From Dehalococcoidia bacterium (lineage in GTDB: Bacteria > Chloroflexota > Dehalococcoidia > Lucifugimonadales > UBA2985): 64,000 nt of DNA. The notes under the pieces are model-generated. The model ran no database searches and was not told where the DNA came from. It saw nothing but the letters and a program-made list of their open reading frames with translations. Below, one piece after another: positions 27,671 through 35,495 of this stretch. The DNA lies in NCBI GenBank assembly GCA_965218945.1, contig OZ244718.1, positions 753,522-817,521 on the forward strand. Reading direction: 5' to 3'. Position numbers and translations under genes: made by a program. How positions within the stretch are numbered: position 1 is the stretch's first letter; each line of letters opens with the position of its first letter.

Positions 27671-28168
27671 CTAGCGTCCCAAGGCGCCGGTTGCAGCCTG
27701 CTCCGATTCTGCCGTCGCTCGGCGTGTTGCGGTGAGGACAAGCTCCATAGCCTGGCGCACCTTCTCAAGGTCGTCTTCCGACATGGGCATCAGCCGCTCC
27801 TCCCACCGGTGGCGCCTCGCCGCCAGCAGTCGCTGCGCCAGTTCGCGGCCTTCTTCGGTGAGCGCGCAGAGCACGGAGCGGCGGTCCTCCGGGTCGGGCC
27901 ACCGGCCAACCAGCTCCTTGTCCACCAGACGGTCCACAAGCCCCGTTGCGCTGGACATTGAAACGTCCAGGGTGGAGGCGAGTCCGCTCATCCGGAGGGA
28001 CCCCTCCTGTAGAAGTAGAAAGAGCACCCTGACCTGCGGCATTGTAAGGTCCATAGTGAACCATTCCCGGGACACGCTGTACGGCCCAGAGCGCGTTACC
28101 TCCTCAAAGATGTCGACTACCCGGGTCAGTAGGTATTCTTTGGATGCCTGTTCTTCGCCCACTGTCAT
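27671..28168 (-). CDS. MarR-family transcriptional regulator
   Basis: 165-aa ORF. Winged-helix core LTMPQVRVLFLLLQEGSLRMSGLASTLDVSMSSATGLVDRLVDKELVGRWPDPEDRRSV. First gene of the co-directional marR-MFSx4-ABC string. Confidence 0.85.
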   Translation of the reverse strand: MTVGEEQASKEYLLTRVVDIFEEVTRSGPYSVSREWFTMDLTMPQVRVLFLLLQEGSLRMSGLASTLDVSMSSATGLVDRLVDKELVGRWPDPEDRRSVLCALTEEGRELAQRLLAARRHRWEERLMPMSEDDLEKVRQAMELVLTATRRATAESEQAATGALGR

Positions 28169-28182
28169 TTCACACTACCGTT

Positions 28183-28200
28183 AATATCTCTTAAGATATT
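28183..28200. promoter_or_regulatory. Inverted repeat AATATCT-cttA-AGATATT, candidate MarR operator
   Basis: Perfect 7-bp arms with a 4-bp spacer, 15-32 nt upstream of the marR start codon. MarR proteins typically bind short palindromes in their own promoter. Confidence 0.3.
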
Positions 28201-28267
28201 TCTATAGATGGGGATATTTCACCTAATTTAAACATTTTAGACTCCCGCAATAGGGTCGTCAATACCC

Positions 28268-28287
28268 TTTGTGCCATTTGGCACAAA
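28268..28287. promoter_or_regulatory. Perfect 20-bp palindrome TTTGTGCCA-TT-TGGCACAAA
   Basis: 9-bp perfect arms in the AT-rich region between marR and the low-GC islet operon. Candidate operator or parS-like site. Confidence 0.35.
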
Positions 28288-28512
28288 CTGTAAGGATTTT
28301 AAGAATTGGTGCGGATACCTCCTTGCGTCTCCTAATGCTACATAGTAGAGAGAAGATGTGCCTGCTTTACACCTACTCCATTGGCATCATATGAATGTGC
28401 TAAAATATGTTCTTGAAGGCCTCTTCCGGTATCTCGTATCTCGCATTGATATGAGGCATGGTATGCCATTCTGTAGACCTAGTTGACGAAGATAGACTGG
28501 AGGTAGAGTGGG

Positions 28513-29262
28513 TTGCCGCCTAGTGTTCAAACACAACGTGATAATCTCAGCATAGGTCTCTACCTAGCTCACAGCGGATACGGGGCTACACTGGATGATA
28601 TACTCCAAGCATCCTTGGGTTACGTACCATCTATCAATGCCCCGATAGAACCCTATCTTCGCAGATTCCGTAATGCTCAGCGCGTTGGTAGGGACGCCTT
28701 TCGGAACAGGACTCCCGGTTACTTCGCGTTCAATGCGATGCCATTTGGAGGCGAGTACATTTACAAAGCCACTTGGTATGTTTGGGTAAATCCTCAGTCT
28801 AATCACCCGCAGACAGTTCCACTATTTGCCGGAGATTTGGCATCAATGCGAAGGCTAAGGAGCAGGGACCTTAGTACCCGTGAGGCGACCACCAGAAGCG
28901 TCCGAACCGCTGACAATATTGAAGAGCAGCGTCAGGCAATTCAGCGTCAAGACTGGCCTGCTCTACAACAAATTCAGGCTAGAATGGTCGAAGACGAGAG
29001 TCTTGGTGAGATTCTATCAGGATTCCATGGTATACCCTACGCAGATATCCAGGAGATCATCCCCCAACTCCAAAATTATCCGATGTTGTTTCAGTTTCAG
29101 AGGGATGCTCAACGGGTTCAACAACTTAATAGACGCTTGAGGCAAGCGCAAGCGTCATTAGGCCAGCAACTCAGGAACTGGGTAATGTTGCAGACTGGGG
29201 TATCGAATAATGCTCCTCAACTGGCTTTACAACAAGCGCAACAAAGGCTAGCTAGTCTATAG
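28513..29262 (+). CDS. Hypothetical protein (249 aa), Gln-rich coiled-coil-like C-terminus, no family recognised
   Basis: TTG start 10 nt after GGAGG (28498-28502). Low-GC codon usage unlike the flanks. C-terminus FQFQRDAQRVQQLNRRLRQAQASLGQQLRNW...LALQQAQQRLASL. No Walker A motif. Confidence 0.6.
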   Translation: MPPSVQTQRDNLSIGLYLAHSGYGATLDDILQASLGYVPSINAPIEPYLRRFRNAQRVGRDAFRNRTPGYFAFNAMPFGGEYIYKATWYVWVNPQSNHPQTVPLFAGDLASMRRLRSRDLSTREATTRSVRTADNIEEQRQAIQRQDWPALQQIQARMVEDESLGEILSGFHGIPYADIQEIIPQLQNYPMLFQFQRDAQRVQQLNRRLRQAQASLGQQLRNWVMLQTGVSNNAPQLALQQAQQRLASL

Positions 29263-29279
29263 TGGATCTTAGGAGAATT

Positions 29280-30335
29280 ATGAGTACTGATGAACTGGAA
29301 ACTCTAGTGTTGCGGCCAGTGGAGGAGTGGTATGGCTCTATGGTCGAAATCCCGTGTGAGCTCATAATGCCAGACCCTGAAAACCTAAGGCAAGAATTCG
29401 ATGAGGCTGACCTCATTGACTTAGGCAAGAATATTGAGCTAGTAGGGCAGTTGGATGAGATTACTGTCTTTCCAATCCTGACGGATAATTCACTATGGAC
29501 TGGCTTCTTTGACTTGCACGACGGAGAGCGCAGATGGCGCGCCGCACAACTGATGAAAATGCCCAGTCTTAGGGCGAAGATTGTTCCCAGGCCGTCTTCT
29601 CAGGACTTGATGTACAAGAAGGTTAGTAGAGTACTTCAAACTCGATCTCTCAGTCCGGAGACCAAACTGAAGGCGCTGGAGAAATCCCTATCTGATTTGG
29701 GCGCTCTTGAGAGGCCAGACGAATGGGATTCTTTCAGAGGCAAGCTCGGTGGTGGTCCTGAGTGGCCGCAACTGCTAAGGGTACTGCGGTTGCAGCCTAG
29801 AGTTCGTTCCATGTTAGAGAATGGACTGATTAACTTCACAATAGCTCAATCTGTGGGGCGCGTCGCGTATGACAGGCAAGCGCAACTAGCTGAATACGTC
29901 GTGATAAACAAGATCAACGGAAGATTTTTCTCTACCCAAATGGTGCCTTACCTAATAGAGCATCCTGATGCTAGTCCCGCACAGGCCTTCGAGCACGCTA
30001 GGGTGGGGGGATGGCGGCAATACACCACTGGCCCATACAATAAAGGAGAGTCTCCTCCGACTCAGGAGCAAGTTGACAAATTCCTTGAGGCATGTGTGGT
30101 TTGGGAAAGAGCTTGGGAAACTGTGGTGGTAAAAGGGTTAGTCCACGCCATCGGAGATAATCCGCAATATACTTTTCGGTTACGGGATGCAAGCCGAAGA
30201 ATTCAGGAGAGGGCTGCGGCATTAGCTGAAAGAATGAACTCATCCGTCAAAGAGGATATTGCCTCTCCTGAGATTCTACTTCCGGCCCGCGAACAGGTGC
30301 AAGTTGAAGAAGAATCATTGCCTCAATTGACGTAG
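29280..30335 (+). CDS. Divergent ParB/Srx-fold (ParB N-terminal domain) protein
   Basis: ATG 29280 after tAGGAGaatt; the track start GTG 29262 overlaps the upstream stop. CELIMPDPENLRQEFDEADLIDLGKNIELVGQLDEITVFPIL...LHDGERRWRAAQLMKMPSLRAKIV matches the ParB N-domain including the GERRxRAA box. The later LLRVLRLQPRVRSMLENGLINFTIAQSVGRV resembles the ParB helix after the HTH. Confidence 0.7.
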   Translation: MSTDELETLVLRPVEEWYGSMVEIPCELIMPDPENLRQEFDEADLIDLGKNIELVGQLDEITVFPILTDNSLWTGFFDLHDGERRWRAAQLMKMPSLRAKIVPRPSSQDLMYKKVSRVLQTRSLSPETKLKALEKSLSDLGALERPDEWDSFRGKLGGGPEWPQLLRVLRLQPRVRSMLENGLINFTIAQSVGRVAYDRQAQLAEYVVINKINGRFFSTQMVPYLIEHPDASPAQAFEHARVGGWRQYTTGPYNKGESPPTQEQVDKFLEACVVWERAWETVVVKGLVHAIGDNPQYTFRLRDASRRIQERAAALAERMNSSVKEDIASPEILLPAREQVQVEEESLPQLT

Positions 30336-30390
30336 TGAAGAAGTTGAATCCCAACCCGGCAAGCTGGCCCCTCAATTCAGTGAAGATTTC

Positions 30391-30675
30391 ATGGTAACCG
30401 TAACAGACAAGGCAAAAGAGGAACTGAAGCGCATACTGGAGACGCGTACCCTCGCGCCCGGCAAGATGCTCAGGCTAGCCATGCCCCCGGTCTGGAAGGG
30501 CGAGGGTGACTTCGGGATAGTCATTGACGATGAGGGGGAGGACGACTACGTGGTCTCCTACCAGGGAATCAACATTCTGCTGATGGACGCCGGTCTGGCG
30601 GACGGGCTGACCACAGCTGTGCTGGACTTCAAGGAGTCGCCGGCGGGCATGGCGTTCACCCTGGACGTGTTCTAA
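30391..30675 (+). CDS. HesB/IscA-like fold small protein lacking the conserved cysteines
   Basis: 94-aa ORF. VTVTDKAKEELKRILE...MLRLAM...GDFGIVIDDEGEDDYVVSYQGINILLMD follows the IscA/HesB layout but contains no Cys. Confidence 0.4.
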   Translation: MVTVTDKAKEELKRILETRTLAPGKMLRLAMPPVWKGEGDFGIVIDDEGEDDYVVSYQGINILLMDAGLADGLTTAVLDFKESPAGMAFTLDVF

Positions 30676-30725
30676 ACGCCTTACCAAGACTACAGAGGCG
30701 CGGTACGACTTAGCAGGAGGGCAGT

Positions 30726-31226
30726 TTGGTCTCGCCGGATGAAGATAGACGACAGATAGATGAATGGGCCCGGGGCAACCCGCTGAGGGAGTGGTACGCC
30801 AGTGAGATATGGGGCAGGCCCACGGATGACGACGACACTCTCTTTGAGGTTATGAGCCTTCAGATATTCCAGGCCGGCCTCAACTGGCACATGATACTGG
30901 CCAAGCGCGACTTCTTCCGCAACGCCTTTAACGGTTGGCGCATCGACGACGTGGCTGCAATGGGTCCCCAGGATGTGGAGCGCTTGCTCCAGGACGCGTC
31001 CATCGTTCGCAATCGCAAGAAGATTGAGGCGTGCATAGTCAACGCCCGCATCATCCAGGGCTTGCAGAGCGAGCACCACTCCTTTTGCAACTGGTTTTAC
31101 AGAGTGCTGCCCGGAGACAATCTGGCGCTTCTCCAGAAGGAGCTGAGGGGCACGTTCAAGTTCATCGGGCCGGAGATAGCCCGCATGTGGCTTATGGCCT
31201 CCGGTCGTATCCCGACCCAGCCGTAG
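30726..31226 (+). CDS. tag: DNA-3-methyladenine glycosylase I
   Basis: TTG start after cAGGAGGgcagt. Contains LFEVMSLQIFQAGLNWHMILAKRDFFRNAF, VERLLQDASIVRNRKKIEACIVNA and FIGPEIARMWLMASG. Confidence 0.85.
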   Translation: MVSPDEDRRQIDEWARGNPLREWYASEIWGRPTDDDDTLFEVMSLQIFQAGLNWHMILAKRDFFRNAFNGWRIDDVAAMGPQDVERLLQDASIVRNRKKIEACIVNARIIQGLQSEHHSFCNWFYRVLPGDNLALLQKELRGTFKFIGPEIARMWLMASGRIPTQP

Positions 31227-31340
31227 CCGGACTGATGCCGTCCTGGACTGGTTGAGAAGTGTGGTTTGTGGTAAATTAGGCGTTGAGCCTAGACTTTTCG
31301 TAACATAAAGAATCGCTGTAGCCAAGATTTAGGAGGAGTT

Positions 31341-33671
31341 ATGCTGGATTACAAGCCGAACATCGTTCTTTCGAACCAGGAATACAACGTGGTTGGCACA
31401 AGGCCCATTCGCCACGACGGTCTGGACAAGGTCACGGGCCGCGCCCGCTACGGAGCCGACATCAATCTACCCGGACTTCTCTATGGCAAGATTCTCAGGA
31501 GTCCCCATGCGCACGCCCGGATCAAGTCCATAGACACCAGCAAGGCTATGGAGCTGCCGGGCGTAAAGGCCGTGGTGACCTCCAAGGACCTTGTGCAGAT
31601 CTCCGATAAGGCGTCCGACGTTGGCGAGGGGGAGATCAGGAACATAGGGTTTATGAGCCGGAACTGCCTGGCCAATGAGAAGGCGCTGTACAAGGGGCAC
31701 GCCGTGGCCGCCGTAGCCGCCACCAGCCTTCACGTTGCAGAAGAGGCACTTTCCCTCATTGAGGTGGACTACGAGGTGCTCCCTCCGGTGCTCAGCTCCA
31801 GGGAGGCCATGAAGGAGGACGCCCCGCTCCTGCACGAGGGGCTTGTTACAGTGCCGGAAGCCACGGGAGCCGGCGGCACCAGCGATGACGGCGCCGGAGG
31901 CTCCAACGTCGGCAAGCACTTCCAGCATCGTTTGGGTGACATAGAAAAGGGATTCCAGGAAGCGGACGTAATCGTGGAGAGAGAGTTCAGCACGGAGGCC
32001 GTTCACCAGGGCTACATTGAGCCTCATACGGCCACGGCGCTGTGGGACATGGAAGGCAACATAACTCTATGGTCAAGCAGCCAGGGCCAGTTTGCCATAA
32101 GGGAGCAGACGGCGAACCTGCTTGGTGTTCCCGTGTCCAAGGTGAAGGCCATTCCCATGGAGATTGGCGGCGGATTCGGCGGGAAGACTATAACCTACGT
32201 TGAGCCGGTGGCGGCTGCCCTTTCCCGAAAGGCCCGGCAGCCGGTGAAGGTGACCATGAGCCGCATCGAGGTGTTCGAGGGCACGGGTCCGACATCCGGA
32301 ACCAACATCCGTGTGAAGATGGGCGCCACCAAGGACGGGCACATCACCGCAGCCGAGGCCACGCTGGTGTACGAAGCAGGCGCCTTCCCAGGCTCGCCGG
32401 TTGGAGGCGGAGCCAGGTGCATGTTCGCTCCTTACGACATTCCCAACGGCCACATCGACGCTGTTGACGTGGTTGTGAACAAGCCAAAGGTTGCCGCGTA
32501 CCGAGCGCCCGGCGCTCCCGCAGCCGCCTTTGCGGTGGAGCAGGTGGTGGACGAGATCTGCCAGAAGATCTCCATGGACCCCCTGAAGTTCAGGATGCTC
32601 AATGCCTCCAAGGAGGGCACGCGGCAGATTGTGGGGCCGGTCTTCGGAACCATAGGCAACGTGGAAACGCTGGAGGCGACCAGAGATCACCCCCACTACG
32701 CTGCGCCCCTGGAGGGGCCTTACCGGGGCAGGGGCGTAGCCAGCGGCTTCTGGGGCAACGGCGGTGGGCCTGCCAGCGCCATTGCCAGCGTCAACTCCGA
32801 CGGCTCGGTCAGCTTGGTTGAGGGGTCGCCGGACATCGGTGGCAGCAGGGTTGTGGTAGCCATGCAGCTGGCCGAGGTGCTGGGCATCGCGGCTGAGGAC
32901 GTGAATCCCTCCGTGGGAGACACCGACTCCATCGGCTTCACCTCTCCTACGGGAGGAAGCAGCGTCGCCTACAAGACCGGACTGGCCTGCTACGAGGCTG
33001 GCCAGGACATCAAACGCCAGATGATGCAGCGCGCGGCCACCATCTGGGAGACCTCCGTGGAGAACGTGGAATACCAGGACGGCGCGCTGAGCCACCGGAC
33101 GGATCCCGACCTCCGGATCACCTTTAAGGAGATGGCCGCGAGGCTCAACCTGAACGGCGGCCCCATAGTGGGCCGGGCTACAGTCAACGACCGCCGCAAC
33201 GGCAACGCCTTCGCTACGCACATCGTGGACGTTGAGGTGGACCCGGAAACCGGCAAGGTCGACATACTCCGCTACACGGCAGTCCAGGACTGCGGAAAGG
33301 CTATTCACCCGAGCTACGTGGAAGGCCAGATTCAGGGCGGAGCGGTGCAGGGCATCGGTTGGGCCCTCAACGAGGAGTATTTCTTCAATGACCAGGGCCA
33401 GATGGTCAACTCCAGCTTCCTGGACTACCGGATGCCCACCAGCCTTGACCTGCCCATGATTGACACCGTGATAGTCGAGGTCCCGCACGGAGGCCATCCC
33501 TTCTCAGTCCGTGGAGTGGCGGAGCTTCCACTGGTTCCCCCAATGGCAGCGATTGCCAACGCCGTCGGCAACGCCATTGGCGTCAGGATGACGCAGCTTC
33601 CGATGTCGCCGGGGCGGATACTGGAGGCTTTGGAGGAGAAGAACAGCAACGGCAGCGACTCGGGGAGATAG
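31341..33671 (+). CDS. Xanthine dehydrogenase/aldehyde oxidase-family molybdopterin-binding large subunit
   Basis: 776-aa ORF. Contains VTGRARYGADINLPGLLYGKILRSPHAHARI, QGYIEPH, EIGGGFGGK and AAYRAPGAPAAAFAVEQ. No adjacent 2Fe-2S or FAD subunit genes. Confidence 0.85.
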   Translation: MLDYKPNIVLSNQEYNVVGTRPIRHDGLDKVTGRARYGADINLPGLLYGKILRSPHAHARIKSIDTSKAMELPGVKAVVTSKDLVQISDKASDVGEGEIRNIGFMSRNCLANEKALYKGHAVAAVAATSLHVAEEALSLIEVDYEVLPPVLSSREAMKEDAPLLHEGLVTVPEATGAGGTSDDGAGGSNVGKHFQHRLGDIEKGFQEADVIVEREFSTEAVHQGYIEPHTATALWDMEGNITLWSSSQGQFAIREQTANLLGVPVSKVKAIPMEIGGGFGGKTITYVEPVAAALSRKARQPVKVTMSRIEVFEGTGPTSGTNIRVKMGATKDGHITAAEATLVYEAGAFPGSPVGGGARCMFAPYDIPNGHIDAVDVVVNKPKVAAYRAPGAPAAAFAVEQVVDEICQKISMDPLKFRMLNASKEGTRQIVGPVFGTIGNVETLEATRDHPHYAAPLEGPYRGRGVASGFWGNGGGPASAIASVNSDGSVSLVEGSPDIGGSRVVVAMQLAEVLGIAAEDVNPSVGDTDSIGFTSPTGGSSVAYKTGLACYEAGQDIKRQMMQRAATIWETSVENVEYQDGALSHRTDPDLRITFKEMAARLNLNGGPIVGRATVNDRRNGNAFATHIVDVEVDPETGKVDILRYTAVQDCGKAIHPSYVEGQIQGGAVQGIGWALNEEYFFNDQGQMVNSSFLDYRMPTSLDLPMIDTVIVEVPHGGHPFSVRGVAELPLVPPMAAIANAVGNAIGVRMTQLPMSPGRILEALEEKNSNGSDSGR

Positions 33672-33673
33672 AT

Positions 33674-33943
33674 ATGCCAGATGTGTGGATTCCACCCAGA
33701 ATGCAGAGAATAACCAACGGGCAGGAGCAGGTCCAGGTTGGCGGCGCCAATGTGCGCCAGGTGGTGAACAACCTGGAGAAGGAATTCCCGGGCATCAAGG
33801 AAGAGCTGTGCTACGAGGACGACATAATGCCGGGCCTGGCGGTCATCATAGACGGGGAGACGGCCAACCTGGGGATGCTGGAGAAGGTCCAGGAGAACAG
33901 CGAGATACACTTCCTCCCGGCGATATCGGGCGGCTCAGCCTGA
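33674..33943 (+). CDS. MoaD/ThiS-family ubiquitin-like small protein with a GG-SA C-terminus
   Basis: 89-aa ORF starting 3 nt after the large-subunit stop. Beta-grasp-like pattern (VQVGGANVRQVVNNLEKEFPGIKE...LAVIIDGE...SEIHFLPAISGGSA). Confidence 0.65.
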   Translation: MPDVWIPPRMQRITNGQEQVQVGGANVRQVVNNLEKEFPGIKEELCYEDDIMPGLAVIIDGETANLGMLEKVQENSEIHFLPAISGGSA

Positions 33944-33969
33944 GCCTGAAGCCTTAGGTCAGATATTTT

Positions 33970-34006
33970 GGCGGGACGGCTATCAAGGCCGTCCCGCCGT
34001 TTTGTT
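33970..34006 (+). terminator. Rho-independent terminator
   Basis: Perfect 11-bp stem ggcgggacggc / gccgtcccgcc (33970-33980 and 33988-33998) with a 7-nt loop, followed by gttttgtt. Sits between convergent genes. Confidence 0.75.
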
Positions 34007-35309
34007 ATCCGCTCCTCAGTTGCTCCGCAACGTCCCTGTAAGCCTGAATGGTGGCCTGAATGTCCTCCTCCGTGTGCGCCAGGGACATGTAGAACTTCTG
34101 GGTTCCCTTCACAATGCCGCTTCCCAGCAGCAGGCGGTTGAATCGTTGCATGGTCTCACTTGAGGCCGAGAGAGTGGAGCGATAGTCGCTGATCTCCTGA
34201 TCGGTGAAGTACACGTCGAAGATGGTGTCATCGCCAACGACCTGGGCCGGGACCTCCGCCTGCCGCAGCGCCTCTTCCAGGGCAGTTCGCAGCCGACTAC
34301 CCGTCGTGCGCAATTGCTCGTACGCCCCCGGTTTCCTCAGCTCGGCCAGAGTGGCCAGGCCGGCGACGGCGGCGATGGGATTGCCGTTGAGAGTGCCTAT
34401 CTGCGGTATGAACTCCTCACCCTGCGACTCCGAGGCGTCGTAGTGCCGCATGATGTCTGCGCGGCCGCACACCGCCGCAAGGGGGTATCCTCCGCCCACT
34501 ACCTTGCCTATTGCGGCCAGGTCCGGCTGAACGCCATACCACTCCTGTGCGCCGCCGTAGGCGAGTCGGAATCCCGTGACCACCTCGTCGAAGACCAGGG
34601 GGATGTCGTAGCGTGCCGTCACCTCCCGGAGCCCCTCCAGGAAGCCCGGCGCCGGGGGAATGATGCGCTGCAACGGCTCCACTATGACGGCTCCAAGCTG
34701 GTCCCGGTTCTCGGCGATTATGCGCTCCGTTGCGTCCAGGTTGTTGAACGGCGCTATCAGCACCGTTTCCTGTATAGCGCTGGGTATGCCTGCGGAGCCG
34801 GGCAGGGGCTGTGGGAAGTCCAGCAGCCTGGAAGGGGCCATGCTCATCAGGGCGTAGTCGTGTGTGCCGTGATACCCGCCCTCGAACTTGAGAATCTTGT
34901 CCCTCTTGGTGAAGGCACGCGCGGCCCGGAGGGACTGGAAGGTCGCGTCCGTGCCGCTGGTGGTGAATCGCACTTTTTCGGCGCAGGGAACGGCGTGGCA
35001 CACCTCCTCTGCCAGCTCAATGGCCGGCGCGCTGGTGATGAAATAGGTGCTGCCCTTGTCCAGCCACTCCCGCACGGCGTCCAGAACGGCCGGGTGAGCG
35101 TGTCCCAGTATCATCGGCCCCGACCCCATCAGGTAGTCGATGTACTCGTTATCGCTGAAGTCGTACAGCTTGGAGCCACGGCCCTCCTTCACTATGAAGC
35201 CGTCCTCAAAATCCGACTTGATGTTGCCGAGTTGCGCGCCCGGCAGATGCTTACGCGCTCTCTCCAGCAGGGACTTCTCCTCAGCGCTTGGCGGGTTTCT
35301 GAAAGTCAC
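34005..35309 (-). CDS. Class III PLP aminotransferase (glutamate-1-semialdehyde aminomutase-like)
   Basis: 434-aa ORF with YIDYLMGSGPMILGHAHPAV, FTTSGTDATFQSLRAARAFT, LVFDEVVTGFR and GKVVGGGYPLAA. Confidence 0.8.
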   Translation of the reverse strand: MTFRNPPSAEEKSLLERARKHLPGAQLGNIKSDFEDGFIVKEGRGSKLYDFSDNEYIDYLMGSGPMILGHAHPAVLDAVREWLDKGSTYFITSAPAIELAEEVCHAVPCAEKVRFTTSGTDATFQSLRAARAFTKRDKILKFEGGYHGTHDYALMSMAPSRLLDFPQPLPGSAGIPSAIQETVLIAPFNNLDATERIIAENRDQLGAVIVEPLQRIIPPAPGFLEGLREVTARYDIPLVFDEVVTGFRLAYGGAQEWYGVQPDLAAIGKVVGGGYPLAAVCGRADIMRHYDASESQGEEFIPQIGTLNGNPIAAVAGLATLAELRKPGAYEQLRTTGSRLRTALEEALRQAEVPAQVVGDDTIFDVYFTDQEISDYRSTLSASSETMQRFNRLLLGSGIVKGTQKFYMSLAHTEEDIQATIQAYRDVAEQLRSG

Positions 35310-35495
35310 TCTCTGCTCTCCTGACTTTGTTGTTGATCTCTTGGCGAAAAGGGTCGTACTGGCGACCCTCCAATACCCTATGACGCCGTAGCGGGAATGT
35401 CAAACGGGGTGTCAGGAATGTTGTTGGAGAGATTCGTATCTGGATGATATACTGCTAGGGAATCTTGCTGCGATACGCAGTGGAAGGCGGCTTGG

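Noticed and set aside
28268-28290. TGGCAC inside the 20-bp palindrome as a sigma-54 -24 element
   Set aside because: The required -12 TTGC(A/T) element at the correct spacing is absent (TGGCACaaactGTAAGG), so a sigma-54 promoter is not supported.
28169-30390. The low-GC islet as a prophage or integrative element
   Set aside because: There is no integrase/recombinase, no tRNA or direct-repeat boundaries, no structural or replication genes, and it spans only two ORFs. I kept it as a compositional islet of unknown origin.
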